55,041 bases of DNA from a virus. Lineage: Duplodnaviria > Caudoviricetes. The DNA is taken from IMG/VR virus record IMGVR_UViG_3300023116_000059, positions 1 to 55,041 of that record. One strand, 5' to 3'. The notes under the pieces were generated by a model. The model did not search any database and was not told the DNA's origin. It saw nothing but the letters and a program-made list of their open reading frames with translations. This document shows, piece by piece, positions 16,301-26,800 of this stretch (positions are counted from its first letter, which is position 1; the number at the start of each line of letters is the position of its first letter). Made by a program: the position numbers and the translations under genes.

Positions 16301-19300
16301 TTCGATAACAGTTCCTGCAGGAATAGTTGCAACAACTGGGTTGTTCAGAGAAATAGTTGTCAGACCACCAGTGGTAACAACACCACTGATATTTGTATTT
16401 GGTTGAATACCAGTTACACTATCTACAACCTCGTGACCCAATAGTACATCGGAATTGGTGGTAAAGATCATCTGGGAAGAACCAGATGAACATTGAGTAT
16501 TCAATGCTGCAAAGTATCTTGTTTCTGCTCCCTTTAGCGATTGAACAACAGGTGCATATGCTTGGTCACCTCTTAGGAATGTATTAGAGTTTGCAGCGTC
16601 TGAGTTGTTTGCAAGACGTGCTGTTTCAATAACACCTTCAACAATCTGGTTTGCGGAAATTGTATCCGAAGATAGAGATACCCAGTTAAGATCATCGGAA
16701 GCAGAAGTATTGACAACTCTGTTAATAGAAACTGTTTCTGCTGGAATATCGCTGGATAGAATAACTTCGGTGTCTTCAATCTTGATCTGGTTAACAATGT
16801 CACCATATAATCTACTTTCAATTAGACCTACAGCAGTTGCAGTTCTACCAGTTCCTGTTGGAGCGTCGAATGTAATTGTAGGTGGTTCGGTGTATCCAGT
16901 ACCACCAATGTAATTGTTATACTCATAGATCTCAATAGTAACAACCTGACCATTTGCAATGGTACAGAAAGCTCTTGCCTCAACAGCACCAAGACCAGGA
17001 TTACCACCAGCAATTGTGATGACAGGTGGTGAAGTGTATCCTTCGCCAGGATCGGTAATGTTGATCTGGTACAGAACACCTTTTCTGTATTCTGTTGCTT
17101 GAATCTGACCTCGTGTAGTGTTATCTGTAAATGTTAAGTTAGCAGCACCAGATGTAGCAGGAACAGCACTTAGAGTAATTTCTGTGCTGCTGTTGATAGA
17201 CTGTACAGTAATCTGACTTCCGTCATTTGTAAGTTCACCAGTATCACCAGAACCTTGGGTGACAACCCAACCAGTAGAAATGCCCGCAGTTGTTGTTAGT
17301 GTTACTTGCTGTGAGTTTGCATCTAGGTTTGTTGCTAGTGGTCCAACAGTCCCATTTGGATTTCTTCCAGTGAAGATATCTCCAATAGTAAAGGATAGTG
17401 TTGCGGAGGGATTGAAACCAAGATATAGACTTCCTAAGTCATTGTTTAGGATGTAAGATGAACCCTCATCTTGCTGAATTGCAATGTCACCAGCAAGTGC
17501 GCCTTCAATAGCAAGTCTTTCATCTTCGTTTGCAACGGTGAAGACGTTGAAAGGACGCAAAGCAGGGATCTGGTCAGCGGAGATCTTACCAGAATCGGTT
17601 AGTTCGACCAGTGCTCTAGGAACAGCGTTTGTAGAGTATGGTTTGTTGATGTATGGACCAAGGTTGTTGGTAATAAAATCTTTAACTGCCTTCTGAGTTG
17701 GGATTTTGCTGTTAGAAGAATTAGCGCCGCCAAGAGTGTTGGATGCGTCGAAACCAGTAACAACAACGTCTCCACCTTTCAGTTTCAAGAATTCAACTTC
17801 CGAGATGGTAACAGTACCCGTGAAGGTAATAGCACCAGTTCTGTTCTCGATCTTAGCGAACGTACCAACCTTGAAGTCACCAAGTTCGTCAGTACCAGAA
17901 ACGTATACACGACCATATAGTTCGGATACTTGTTCGTTAGACTCAACCTTAGTGCCACCGTTTTCGGGCAATGCATTGTAGTCAGTACCAGAACCAGCAA
18001 ATTCCCAAGTGTGAGAAGAAGAGTTAACAATAGATGGTCTGTGTAGTCTAATTGTTTCACCAACCAGAGAAGCATTTGATACTGCCTGACCAGTTAAAGT
18101 ATTTTTAAACTCTGCAGGTCCACCAGTTCCACTGTCAATAGTAATTTGAGCAGAGAAAGGAGGACCAACTGTTACTGCACCAACAGCATCGATAAAGTAT
18201 TCAATTTCGCTATTTACATTCTCATGACCATCAATCTTGACGATATAGTGCTCTAGTGGTTCACGACCCAATCCATCAATAGTGAAGATTGTTCTACCAG
18301 TAGGAGTAGACGAAGAGTTGGAAATAGTTGCAACGTCAAAGCTATATGCTTCATCTCTGTAACCAATTGCGCGTAGTGCAAATGTACCAAAGTTGGTAGC
18401 GGAGTTGGTAATAGATGCATAACCACCAGACTCAGCAAGAACACCGTCTTCGCAGAAGATAACGAAGACCGAAACCAACTGGGTGTAACCATCGTTAACA
18501 ATCCTATAACCAGTACCACCAAAAGAAACAATCGTAAATGCCGCAGCAACCATCGACTTACCTTGGTTGGGGAAGGATGCGGATCCGTCAAGTTCCAATC
18601 CAGGGAATGGGCAGTTGGGTTGCTTGACTTTTGCACCGTCAACCTCAGCACCGCCACCACCTAGGAAAGAGATAACAGATGAGTTCTGGGTATATGGTGA
18701 TGCTTCAATGATTGGGTAATCATCGTAGTCAGATCTAATTGTAACTAATTGACCATTAGCATCTGTGATATAATTATCGGGATATGTATAGAGATTGGAA
18801 GTGTCATAGAGAGTTCCAAAGTCCTTGGTTGTTGCGCCAGGAGCAGTTGTTCCTTCTAAGATGTCTCCAATTAGATCCATCAATGTTGTAATCGAAGATT
18901 CAACATTCGCACAATATGGTGTGCCTGCTGGATCTGTTAAAATTGTATTGTCTGTAAATAGTGGAATTGGAGTGTGGACGGGAGTATACTGAGCACCAGA
19001 ACCACCATTTGTCAACCAATTTCGCATTGCAAGGATTGCTAGTTCCTTGACTCTATCAAATGCATACGCTGTAGCAGGTCTCTGTGCCTCTGGAACGCCT
19101 GTTAACTGCGCTCCAGTGTAGTATGCCTCAGCAGCGGTAACAGACCCTGCATTACCTCCTAGAACGAGGTCGCGGATCATGTAAGTAATGATGTAATTGA
19201 TATCTCTACGGCACTTCTGTTCGCCTACGGTGTTATCCAGTTCGGTAACAACAAAATCTCCAGTGTTCTCTACTGGGAGACTGTCGAGATTTCCTGCAGA

Positions 19301-22300
19301 AACTGCATCTGTCGCAATTTCAACTAGAGTGTCGATAGCAGATTGAACGTCAATACAAGCAGCAGTATTACCAGAATCGCCATAAATGACCGCTTCATCT
19401 GCTGTACCATAGACTTGAGGACCAGCGGAAATGGTTAGATCTTTTTCATATAAAGAGTTAGTAACGGCAAGTTTCATCATGTCTCTTGCCTTATTGAAAG
19501 CGGTAACGCTCTCTGCGGTCTCACCTACAAGACCGTTGCTGATTGGATCACCATTTTGATCAAAATATTGTTCGATGAAGTTAATTGTAGATGCGTTGCC
19601 ACCAATGGCAAGGTCTGCTTTAACAGCATCGATTAAGTAACCAAGGTCTCTCTTACACTTAGTCTCACCAGTTCCAGAAACACCTGTGTTCTCTGCGGGC
19701 AGAGCATTTAGATTGCCAGCGAGAAGAGCATCAGTAATAATTTCTGTTAGGGTATCGGTTGCTGTTTGTACATCAGCACAAGATCCTGTATTAGTATTAG
19801 AACCAGTGAGAGGATCAGCAGTTACAGTAAGATCTTTAATTGACAATTGGTTTGTCAATGCCGCCTTCATCAGATCTCTTGCCTGATTGAATGCGTAGAT
19901 AGATTCTGTCTCTTCTCCTTCTAGACCATTATCAATTTGTGTTGTAGTATCATCGAAATATAAACCAATGAACTTACGAGTATACTGGTTGCCTTGTGTG
20001 AATAAGTCAAGAGATACTGCATCGATCATATAACCGATGTCTCTCTTACACTTGGTTTCAGTAGAAGCAACAGCAGGATACTGTGTGACCATATTAGTCC
20101 AAGCAGTACCAATAATTTCACTGCGGTTCTGTTGGATCAATCTATATGCATCAGCATATCTAGAACCAGAGTCTGTTTGAGAGTCGCCAGGAATATAGAA
20201 GTCTGGATGGAATACAGCAATCTGAGCAACAGATCTGTCGATGATTTCACTTCTATTCGCTTCAATTAAGTTGACACCATCTTGATATCTGTTTGCTTGA
20301 GGATCAACAGTACCAAACTGCAATGTTGGATATTGTACTTTAGTTAATTCTAGTGCTTCATCAGCAATAAAGTCTCTGTTTCTAGCAATCAAATATGCCG
20401 CATCTAGATATGTACCAGATGCATTATTTGAAAGAACATCAACAAACAGATAGAATAGTGTATCAATTGCAGATGCTACATTTGCACAACCAGTTATGGG
20501 GTCATCAATAACAGTTGGGTCAAAATATCTTTCCACAGTAGAATATTGTGGAGTGTAGATAGGTTGACCAGGCAAACCAGTTCCAGTTCTCCACTTACGC
20601 ATCGCAAAGATGCAAAGTTCGCGTGCATATTCAACGGCACGGACTGTTTGAATAATCTCATAGTCAACGTAATCAATGTAGCTGCTTGTTCCATCAAGGT
20701 AACGCTTAGCAGCTTCAATAGTATGATAGTTGCTACCAAATTCTAAGTCTCTGATTACAGCATTAACAATATGTCCAACGTCTCTACGGCACTTCTCATC
20801 GCTGATAGGAATATTAAACGATGGATATACTTTCTGACCTTGCTCACACTCAACTAAAATGTCTTCAATTTTGACAATATCTTTTTCTGCAATTCCTACA
20901 ATAGTTGCATTAACTGTAATTGTAGCAAATCCAGTTACATTGTTGCTATAGTTAAAACCAGTAACTGTATATGTTGTTCCGTTAAACGTAACAGTACCAC
21001 CGCTAACATAAGTGTGATCAAACGAAGATCCACCAAGATATACACTAAACGTATCATTAGTTACGTTTGTTGTGCCAATGTTGAAAACAGCAAAATGTTT
21101 CTTGGCAAATTCATCTAGAACTCTTAGTACAACTTCATCTTTGATGAAATCAATATTGTTTCTAATCTGTAAACAAGCATCCTGATATCTTCTAGCAATA
21201 GGAGTTGCTAGGTTGAATGTGTTTGGAGAGTTGAGCAAAGACAGAGTAACTGACTTAGACTCTTTTTTTACCAGTGCAAACTGACCAGGATTAAAGTTAT
21301 CGAGAGTAACAAGACTAGGATCGGTTACTTTCTTGGGAATAACAAATCGTCTTGCACGACCATCAGCATCTTCAATAACTTTATAGATTCTTTGTCTTCC
21401 ATTTAAGTAAGACAAGTCTGGACTTGAAACAGGCAAACCCTCAATGAAAATTTCTTGACCTTCTTTAAAGTCATGTGTATTCTGTCTACCAACCAGAGCG
21501 TTGGTATAGAACACAATACCACCTAGATCTTCAGTAGATCCAGGATCTTGGAAACCACCAGAAAATGTTCCTTGCTGAGTAAAGTCGATTCTTACAATAG
21601 GAAGACCCGAATCGTTCTCAGCTTTATCTTCGAATACAACCTCACCTTCCGCTCTAATCGAACGAATATCGGTAGAAACTAAATTGTAAGTTGTAAATAC
21701 TGGATCACCATTTCCGTCAGTACCAGTTTGAATATCATATTGGAAAGTTTCACCAGCGTTGAAAGTACCACTGTTAACTTGTAAATCAAATGTACCTGTT
21801 ACATATGCATCGTTACCGACAGTAGTCTTAAATGAAACTACTAGCAAAGTACCAATTGCACCAGTGTTAACACCACGTACAGTTAAACCAGCAACTAACT
21901 GAGATAAACCTTCGTTGTTTTGGAATGTAACTCTGGACTCATCGGGACCAAAAATTTGATGACCTACTGGGAAATATGGTTCAAAGTCACCACCAGAGGA
22001 TGCATCATATGTGATTCTTTGCTTATCGTCAAAGACCATAGCAAAGTCCCAAGTAGAAACTGGATCATTGTTAGAGTCAACTTTATCTCGATAAGTTACA
22101 CCAATAACGTAGTTCTTATCACCAAACTTAAAGATGTGCTTTCTTGGATTGTTAGGTCTGATGATAACCAAACGTAAGTTATCACCAACGACCGATGCAT
22201 CTGGTGGAATAGAGATTGGGTTATCTTCTACGTAATCGCCACCAGCAACAATAATTGTTTCTTTGACGCCAGGCGTTTGCCACGCTAGTTGACATGCCTT

Positions 22301-23269
22301 TTTAATTGTTCTGACAGGGGCAACAGCAGATCGACCATCATTCTGGTCGCTACCAATCTGCTGAGAAACATAGATTCTACCACCAACGTCATTTGTTGCT
22401 AGATTTAGAACGTATTCTGTGGTTGCAATTTTGTCTGATCTATCGCCAAGTAATGGAGTGATAGAGCGGGGGAAAACACCAGAATCACCAGACTGTAGAT
22501 AGAATGGCTGATTCTCATCTTCTACACGGAAACCAATATGCTTAAACTGTACTTCTCCGTTGAGAGCGATACCATCGGTATGTGAAGGTGCGCTCGATCC
22601 TGTTTGTCCAGTATTTAATGCTTGGTAAATATTATTGCCAGCCCATCTATATGAATCTTCTTGTAAAACAACGTTTGGTACAAAAGATTGACCTGTGGAG
22701 TTGGCAAATGTTTTTAAGTTAGGTGCTCTAAAATTAGCATCTGCAGTAACAAAGTTGTCAATATCTAGGTTTAAAATTCTCGCCGTGTCAGAAATGATAG
22801 ACGTAGAAGTTCTAATAGCACCGTTAACGTCCAGTTCATAATCAACGGTGTCTAGGAATGCGGTAGCAGTAGCACCAGTACCATTACCACCTGTAATTGT
22901 TACAATAGGTGCTGCAGTGTATCCATTACCTGCTTCATCTACGATGATTGCAACTACGGCACCGTTATTGATAACAGCAGATGCTAACGCCTGAACGGGT
23001 TCTTCTCCAGTTGGGGCAGAGAGAGTAACATTTGGTTGTAGAGTATATCCTGCTCCACCACCACCAGGATTGATTTCGATTCTCTCTACTCGTTTACCAG
23101 TTCGGTTAATACCGATACGTGGCAAATCGGTTTCGCCATCGATCTGAGCACGAAATATTTCTTTCTCATTAGATCCAGAACCTGATCTAATAGTTACTTC
23201 TTGTTCACCGACAATTCTTGGCTTTAAAGCCTTGATAATTTCTTTATCGGAATTAAACTGAAAACCCAT
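13328..23269 (-). CDS. Giant multidomain tail fibre (3313 aa)
   Basis: GxGY repeats, beta-helix-like start (IYVS..GSD.NDG...RTIKKA), four KCxRD helical repeats, SGLDADLLDG, RVGLGTTDP, C-terminal GPITINSGTTVTI..W. Confidence 0.85.
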   Translation of the reverse strand: MGFQFNSDKEIIKALKPRIVGEQEVTIRSGSGSNEKEIFRAQIDGETDLPRIGINRTGKRVERIEINPGGGGAGYTLQPNVTLSAPTGEEPVQALASAVINNGAVVAIIVDEAGNGYTAAPIVTITGGNGTGATATAFLDTVDYELDVNGAIRTSTSIISDTARILNLDIDNFVTADANFRAPNLKTFANSTGQSFVPNVVLQEDSYRWAGNNIYQALNTGQTGSSAPSHTDGIALNGEVQFKHIGFRVEDENQPFYLQSGDSGVFPRSITPLLGDRSDKIATTEYVLNLATNDVGGRIYVSQQIGSDQNDGRSAVAPVRTIKKACQLAWQTPGVKETIIVAGGDYVEDNPISIPPDASVVGDNLRLVIIRPNNPRKHIFKFGDKNYVIGVTYRDKVDSNNDPVSTWDFAMVFDDKQRITYDASSGGDFEPYFPVGHQIFGPDESRVTFQNNEGLSQLVAGLTVRGVNTGAIGTLLVVSFKTTVGNDAYVTGTFDLQVNSGTFNAGETFQYDIQTGTDGNGDPVFTTYNLVSTDIRSIRAEGEVVFEDKAENDSGLPIVRIDFTQQGTFSGGFQDPGSTEDLGGIVFYTNALVGRQNTHDFKEGQEIFIEGLPVSSPDLSYLNGRQRIYKVIEDADGRARRFVIPKKVTDPSLVTLDNFNPGQFALVKKESKSVTLSLLNSPNTFNLATPIARRYQDACLQIRNNIDFIKDEVVLRVLDEFAKKHFAVFNIGTTNVTNDTFSVYLGGSSFDHTYVSGGTVTFNGTTYTVTGFNYSNNVTGFATITVNATIVGIAEKDIVKIEDILVECEQGQKVYPSFNIPISDEKCRRDVGHIVNAVIRDLEFGSNYHTIEAAKRYLDGTSSYIDYVDYEIIQTVRAVEYARELCIFAMRKWRTGTGLPGQPIYTPQYSTVERYFDPTVIDDPITGCANVASAIDTLFYLFVDVLSNNASGTYLDAAYLIARNRDFIADEALELTKVQYPTLQFGTVDPQANRYQDGVNLIEANRSEIIDRSVAQIAVFHPDFYIPGDSQTDSGSRYADAYRLIQQNRSEIIGTAWTNMVTQYPAVASTETKCKRDIGYMIDAVSLDLFTQGNQYTRKFIGLYFDDTTTQIDNGLEGEETESIYAFNQARDLMKAALTNQLSIKDLTVTADPLTGSNTNTGSCADVQTATDTLTEIITDALLAGNLNALPAENTGVSGTGETKCKRDLGYLIDAVKADLAIGGNASTINFIEQYFDQNGDPISNGLVGETAESVTAFNKARDMMKLAVTNSLYEKDLTISAGPQVYGTADEAVIYGDSGNTAACIDVQSAIDTLVEIATDAVSAGNLDSLPVENTGDFVVTELDNTVGEQKCRRDINYIITYMIRDLVLGGNAGSVTAAEAYYTGAQLTGVPEAQRPATAYAFDRVKELAILAMRNWLTNGGSGAQYTPVHTPIPLFTDNTILTDPAGTPYCANVESSITTLMDLIGDILEGTTAPGATTKDFGTLYDTSNLYTYPDNYITDANGQLVTIRSDYDDYPIIEASPYTQNSSVISFLGGGGAEVDGAKVKQPNCPFPGLELDGSASFPNQGKSMVAAAFTIVSFGGTGYRIVNDGYTQLVSVFVIFCEDGVLAESGGYASITNSATNFGTFALRAIGYRDEAYSFDVATISNSSSTPTGRTIFTIDGLGREPLEHYIVKIDGHENVNSEIEYFIDAVGAVTVGPPFSAQITIDSGTGGPAEFKNTLTGQAVSNASLVGETIRLHRPSIVNSSSHTWEFAGSGTDYNALPENGGTKVESNEQVSELYGRVYVSGTDELGDFKVGTFAKIENRTGAITFTGTVTISEVEFLKLKGGDVVVTGFDASNTLGGANSSNSKIPTQKAVKDFITNNLGPYINKPYSTNAVPRALVELTDSGKISADQIPALRPFNVFTVANEDERLAIEGALAGDIAIQQDEGSSYILNNDLGSLYLGFNPSATLSFTIGDIFTGRNPNGTVGPLATNLDANSQQVTLTTTAGISTGWVVTQGSGDTGELTNDGSQITVQSINSSTEITLSAVPATSGAANLTFTDNTTRGQIQATEYRKGVLYQINITDPGEGYTSPPVITIAGGNPGLGAVEARAFCTIANGQVVTIEIYEYNNYIGGTGYTEPPTITFDAPTGTGRTATAVGLIESRLYGDIVNQIKIEDTEVILSSDIPAETVSINRVVNTSASDDLNWVSLSSDTISANQIVEGVIETARLANNSDAANSNTFLRGDQAYAPVVQSLKGAETRYFAALNTQCSSGSSQMIFTTNSDVLLGHEVVDSVTGIQPNTNISGVVTTGGLTTISLNNPVVATIPAGTVIEFERGASPLKFESTYTVGNFIDSIIIANGGLGFTSGQYYNVPLTGGTGSGLRVNIVVTNQVVTDVAISSGGAGYTSDFTVTTSPAEIGSGSQLVLQAKVSTVNKQYANVAVDLDRVTDATISSDLYGTLGVARFFKSQFNIGTAGNGSIQLKTGADSGLDADLLDGAQGAYYLNASNLNAGTVNPDRMSGTYDISISGQSGSTIRMITGTGNPNDNSLPNTFSEGIIAQTRYNTADGLSDGGARHLSLTIRNGGSSFDSTYGGIRQLAFTDNDNMWIRGSGTNVTAWGSWAKVWTSLNDYSAGGEQGPNAFRLANKQGEWYQNALNMNYGTLSDNRLPTYQDEKAFQDAIEVRETTGLPRFNVYISGIILNATPFLPGLVVNLYNANSQGVGTILITNLTTFNDTDNFNDYTILTGTLTTGSFDGEQGKALTIGTASNRVNFQDYTRDVSGTFQVSRLESDNGVAKLYMGRTDGAASSPAIYFRSSQVAATTYNSAIVATGGNASNGSGTLDAQVVDSNGFTVNGGTVWNSGNTVFNTTNVASTYNAQGEFILRSAVVRDQNGNFAAGTITASLTGAASLNVLKAGDVMTGTLELTGAGSNLIVSGTTGLTGNVTMTNDLNVDSGTLYVDSADNRVGLGTTDPQAQLHSYANVSNGDIWTAARFETLRGDFTAVPGGIQLMFKNQDGNNNTNEAYLKVVSVNDTDYGDNDEANSNFIFRMTDGGTANDRVIFTGDGRVGIKTMNPTSNLSVNGSMNATTIVADTSLTIQDAADNTGAPLYFRGASGFRNFRIGNQLNADDVFEITPSATNGATDWQSVPAISVKGSTKQVAINTSSFQGNDPEDNTLRTYQLNIEGDVNFNGQLFQNNAEFVTSRWTEAANELDIYRASKVWINPDPTASGFTGNPTYSLQVSGSLGVNGASFADGTNTLVYYANGDKQYLDSYGVFKSNRNTVSENVTVPAGTNALSSGPITINSGTTVTIDSGAAWSVV

Positions 23270-23309
23270 TTTTTATCCAGCCCCAGCCGTAGTTTTATAT
23301 GCTCGTTTA

Positions 23310-23316
23310 TATTTAG
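23310..23316 (-). promoter_or_regulatory. Late promoter CTAAATA for the tail fibre
   Basis: tatttag on + in the intergenic gap. Confidence 0.65.
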
Positions 23317-23318
23317 TG

Positions 23319-23828
23319 TCAGGCCCATGCAACACTGACAACTTCAACTACAGCAAGCCATTTAATTGATGTAGTTGTACCACCTCTCACGGTAGAATAA
23401 CTAAATTTGTTTGCTGCACCATCGTCAAATGGTTGAACAGTCCAACTCTCTCCAACTGGAATATTATCTCTGATAATTGTTTCCAAACTAGAAATAGTAT
23501 CAACTTGTCCCGATGCATCATTAGTAACACAATTTTCAAACTTTGCTACAAACGTACCAGAATTTGTTGTGTTTACAGCGATAATCTGTGCGGTAATAAA
23601 ATTGATAGATGATTGTGGTAAATCAATTTGATCTCCAACTAAATTCACGGAAAGAATTGCAGTATTCGTTCCTCTTAAAATATATCGTGTTGATTTTGAA
23701 TCGGTATAAAACTGATTCTTTAACTCAAAAGTATGGATGTTTCTCGCATTGTAATCATGCGACAACATCTCAACATCACCAATTGAGAATCCCCCAAGGG
23801 AGTCAAATGTCTTTAAACTTCCTGCCAT
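23319..23828 (-). CDS. Virion structural protein (169 aa)
   Basis: FDSLGGFSIG start, beta-rich; lies in the structural operon. Confidence 0.7.
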   Translation of the reverse strand: MAGSLKTFDSLGGFSIGDVEMLSHDYNARNIHTFELKNQFYTDSKSTRYILRGTNTAILSVNLVGDQIDLPQSSINFITAQIIAVNTTNSGTFVAKFENCVTNDASGQVDTISSLETIIRDNIPVGESWTVQPFDDGAANKFSYSTVRGGTTTSIKWLAVVEVVSVAWA

Positions 23829-23829
23829 T

Positions 23830-26800
23830 TTACTTCTTCTGGTTGTAAGAAACTACGTTAATGTTAACAACATCATTAGTTGCAAGATCATCATGTAGAG
23901 TAAATGTCACTCTTGCATTGAACAGGGAGTCAATGTCAAAGGTAGCATGAATTAGATCAGCACCTGTTTTAATGTTACCGTATTCACTAAAATATACGGT
24001 TCCACTCTTATCTATGACAGCAAACTCGATAAACTCTTTGTCACCTGTGGTTGTATTATGTGCCACACAATAAACTTTAGCAGACTCTTCTGTGTTAACA
24101 TTATAAAGAGTTGCTGCACCTACATCTGCTGTGTCCTTGACTAAAGGAATATCAACTGTAGAAATTCTCAAATCATTATATTCAATAGTCTTCAGATCAG
24201 TGTCAAATAATTTGACCATCTCTGGAGTACCACTTCCAAATCCTAGGTTATAATAGATATCACCCAAGGAATCTAATCTTAGGAGAGGATCTACATTGAG
24301 TCCAGCAGATAGACCAAAATCTAGTTGACTCTTAGTTGTATGTAAGAATGCACTGGAAGTTAAGTGCTCAAAAGTGGAAGTATTATTATCTAGAGTGATT
24401 CTATTTCCTGTTAAATTGAAATCTCCGTTTGTTGATACAAATGTATCAATATCAAATTCGATATCATTTTCTTGTACTCTTAGAGTGTTTACTCCATTGT
24501 TGTAGAAGAACAGTGTATCTTCATCTGATCCTGGAGATTGTTCTGCTTTAATCTCGGTATCTTGGTCGATATCTTTTACACCACCAAGACCACCCCACTG
24601 GTTTCCGTTATAACCTTCAAACTGACTATCTGAAGTATTGTATCTAATGGAACCCTGAATAGCAGCACCACGCTCATCTCCATTACCAACTGGAATTACG
24701 AGAGAAGAAACTGCATCACATGTAATTTTTTGTCCTGTATTTGGTTGAAGAACAAGATCACTTACTGTAGTTGTAATTTTGTTTTCAAATAATTTTAGAT
24801 CATTGTTAATTAATACAGGAAGATCTCCTTGGGGTCCAATTCTAAGTTCTGTACATTCATCAACAATTAATGGGTTTACTGCAAATGCATACCAAGTTAA
24901 GAGGGCAGTGTTATTTGACTGTTCTCCTTCGGTATGCTCTGGCGCATTACCATCAGTTGCAGTAACACCAGAACCAGTTACTTCATACAGATTGTTTCTG
25001 TACTTGAGATATTGACCTGCGCTTACTGGTGTGTTTGCTGCCCAATTGCTATACGCAGGGACAGTTGGATTCAATGCACGTACTTTATTGACTTCATAAA
25101 ACTCCATCCAGAACGGAGTGAAGCGCATTGTAATCTTACTATCATTGTAGAAACGTAAGATGTTATCGTTTACGCCAACTTCTAGTTCTGCGGTAATAGT
25201 CGTGTTGCCATCTAGGTCACGAACACCACCCAGAGAAGACCATTGCCCAGTGTCTTCGGAATAACCTTCATACTGCTGTGTGGTGGTATTAAATCTAATA
25301 GCACCATCCTCTACAATACCAACGCCTGGTCTTTGTGCTGTTGTACCAGAAGGAATAACAAATGCTGTCAGAGCATCACACTTCGCAACTCTGTTAGCGG
25401 GAGGGGTAAACAACAAATCATTAGATCCAGTTGTAGAAATGTTATTGTCTACAATGGTTAAAATATCTTTGATGTTAAATTTAAAGTCAGTTCTAATTTC
25501 ACCTGCTGTTAAGAAGTCTCCAGAACTTGTTTGAATATTTGCTTCTGTTCCAAAGTTTACAAATGCACCTGTTAACTGTACGTTACCAGATCCAGATGTA
25601 ATTTCGATAGTATTATCGTCAGTATATAAAGCAGACTTGACTTCTTCTGCAATTAGATCTGTGGTATTTGTTGTGGTGGTATTTACAGTTTCAACGTTAA
25701 CAGTATCACCAGTAATAGCAGCAACGTTAATGTTACCAGTTGCAACATCACCAGTTACTACATCTTCGGAAATAATATTAGAAACACCAATTTCAAATCC
25801 ACTACCAAAAGTTTTTGGATTATTATAATTTACTGTAATAACAGACTGACCTGACATATATGGGTGGTCAGTACAGAAATAGTAAAGAGTTGATGGTGTA
25901 GAATCTGTAGGAACAATTCTTACAGTTTCACTTCCATATTCAACTTCATTTCCTTCGTATAAAGCACCTCTAATAATACATGGTGTTGCACCAGCCTGAG
26001 TGGGAAACTCAGACATAGTAATTACATTTCCATTAATTGCTTCTACAACAGCTCCTTCTGCAAATTGACCAGAATCAGTAACAACAACACTGGTATCGAC
26101 AATAACTTCCATACCAACTAATACACCAGATGCATTAGTTACTGTAATATCTTTAGATGCTACATCTAGATTTACAGTTTCAACTACAGGTTGAGTCCAA
26201 TAACCACCTTGGTGAATAGAGAATCTGAATGGATGTCCACTGGCACCACTTACATCAAAATCATATGTGTTACTCTTGTATAGTAATAGATCTGGGTAAA
26301 TTACAGCACCATTTCCATCATCAATATCGATGGTATATCTGTTTACGTTGTCTGACGTATCAACGGTAGCAATTGTAGCACCACCGCTTGTGGTAGAAAT
26401 TGTATTTCCAGATCCAGCACTTCCAGATATACTTTCTACAACAATAAAATCAACTAACGATCCATCTAAAACAACTTCTCTAACTAAAATTTCAGACGCA
26501 TCTCCACCAGGACCATTAGGATCAGTTGCAAATAACGTTTGTCCAACAAAGAATGTACCAGCAGCAATATTAGTTGTAAATGTTAACTGGTTTAAACTTA
26601 TCGTAGATACGACATAATCAAATGGAATTGTTAGGTCTAGATTATTAACACCAATTATGTCTCCTACATCATATCCATTGCCAGCAGCATTAACAGAGAC
26701 GCTGGTGACGACACCAGCTTTATCAATTGTAAAATTATATCCATTACCATTTGATCCCCATGGAGCATCAACATCAAAGTTGACACTACCACCAGCATCA

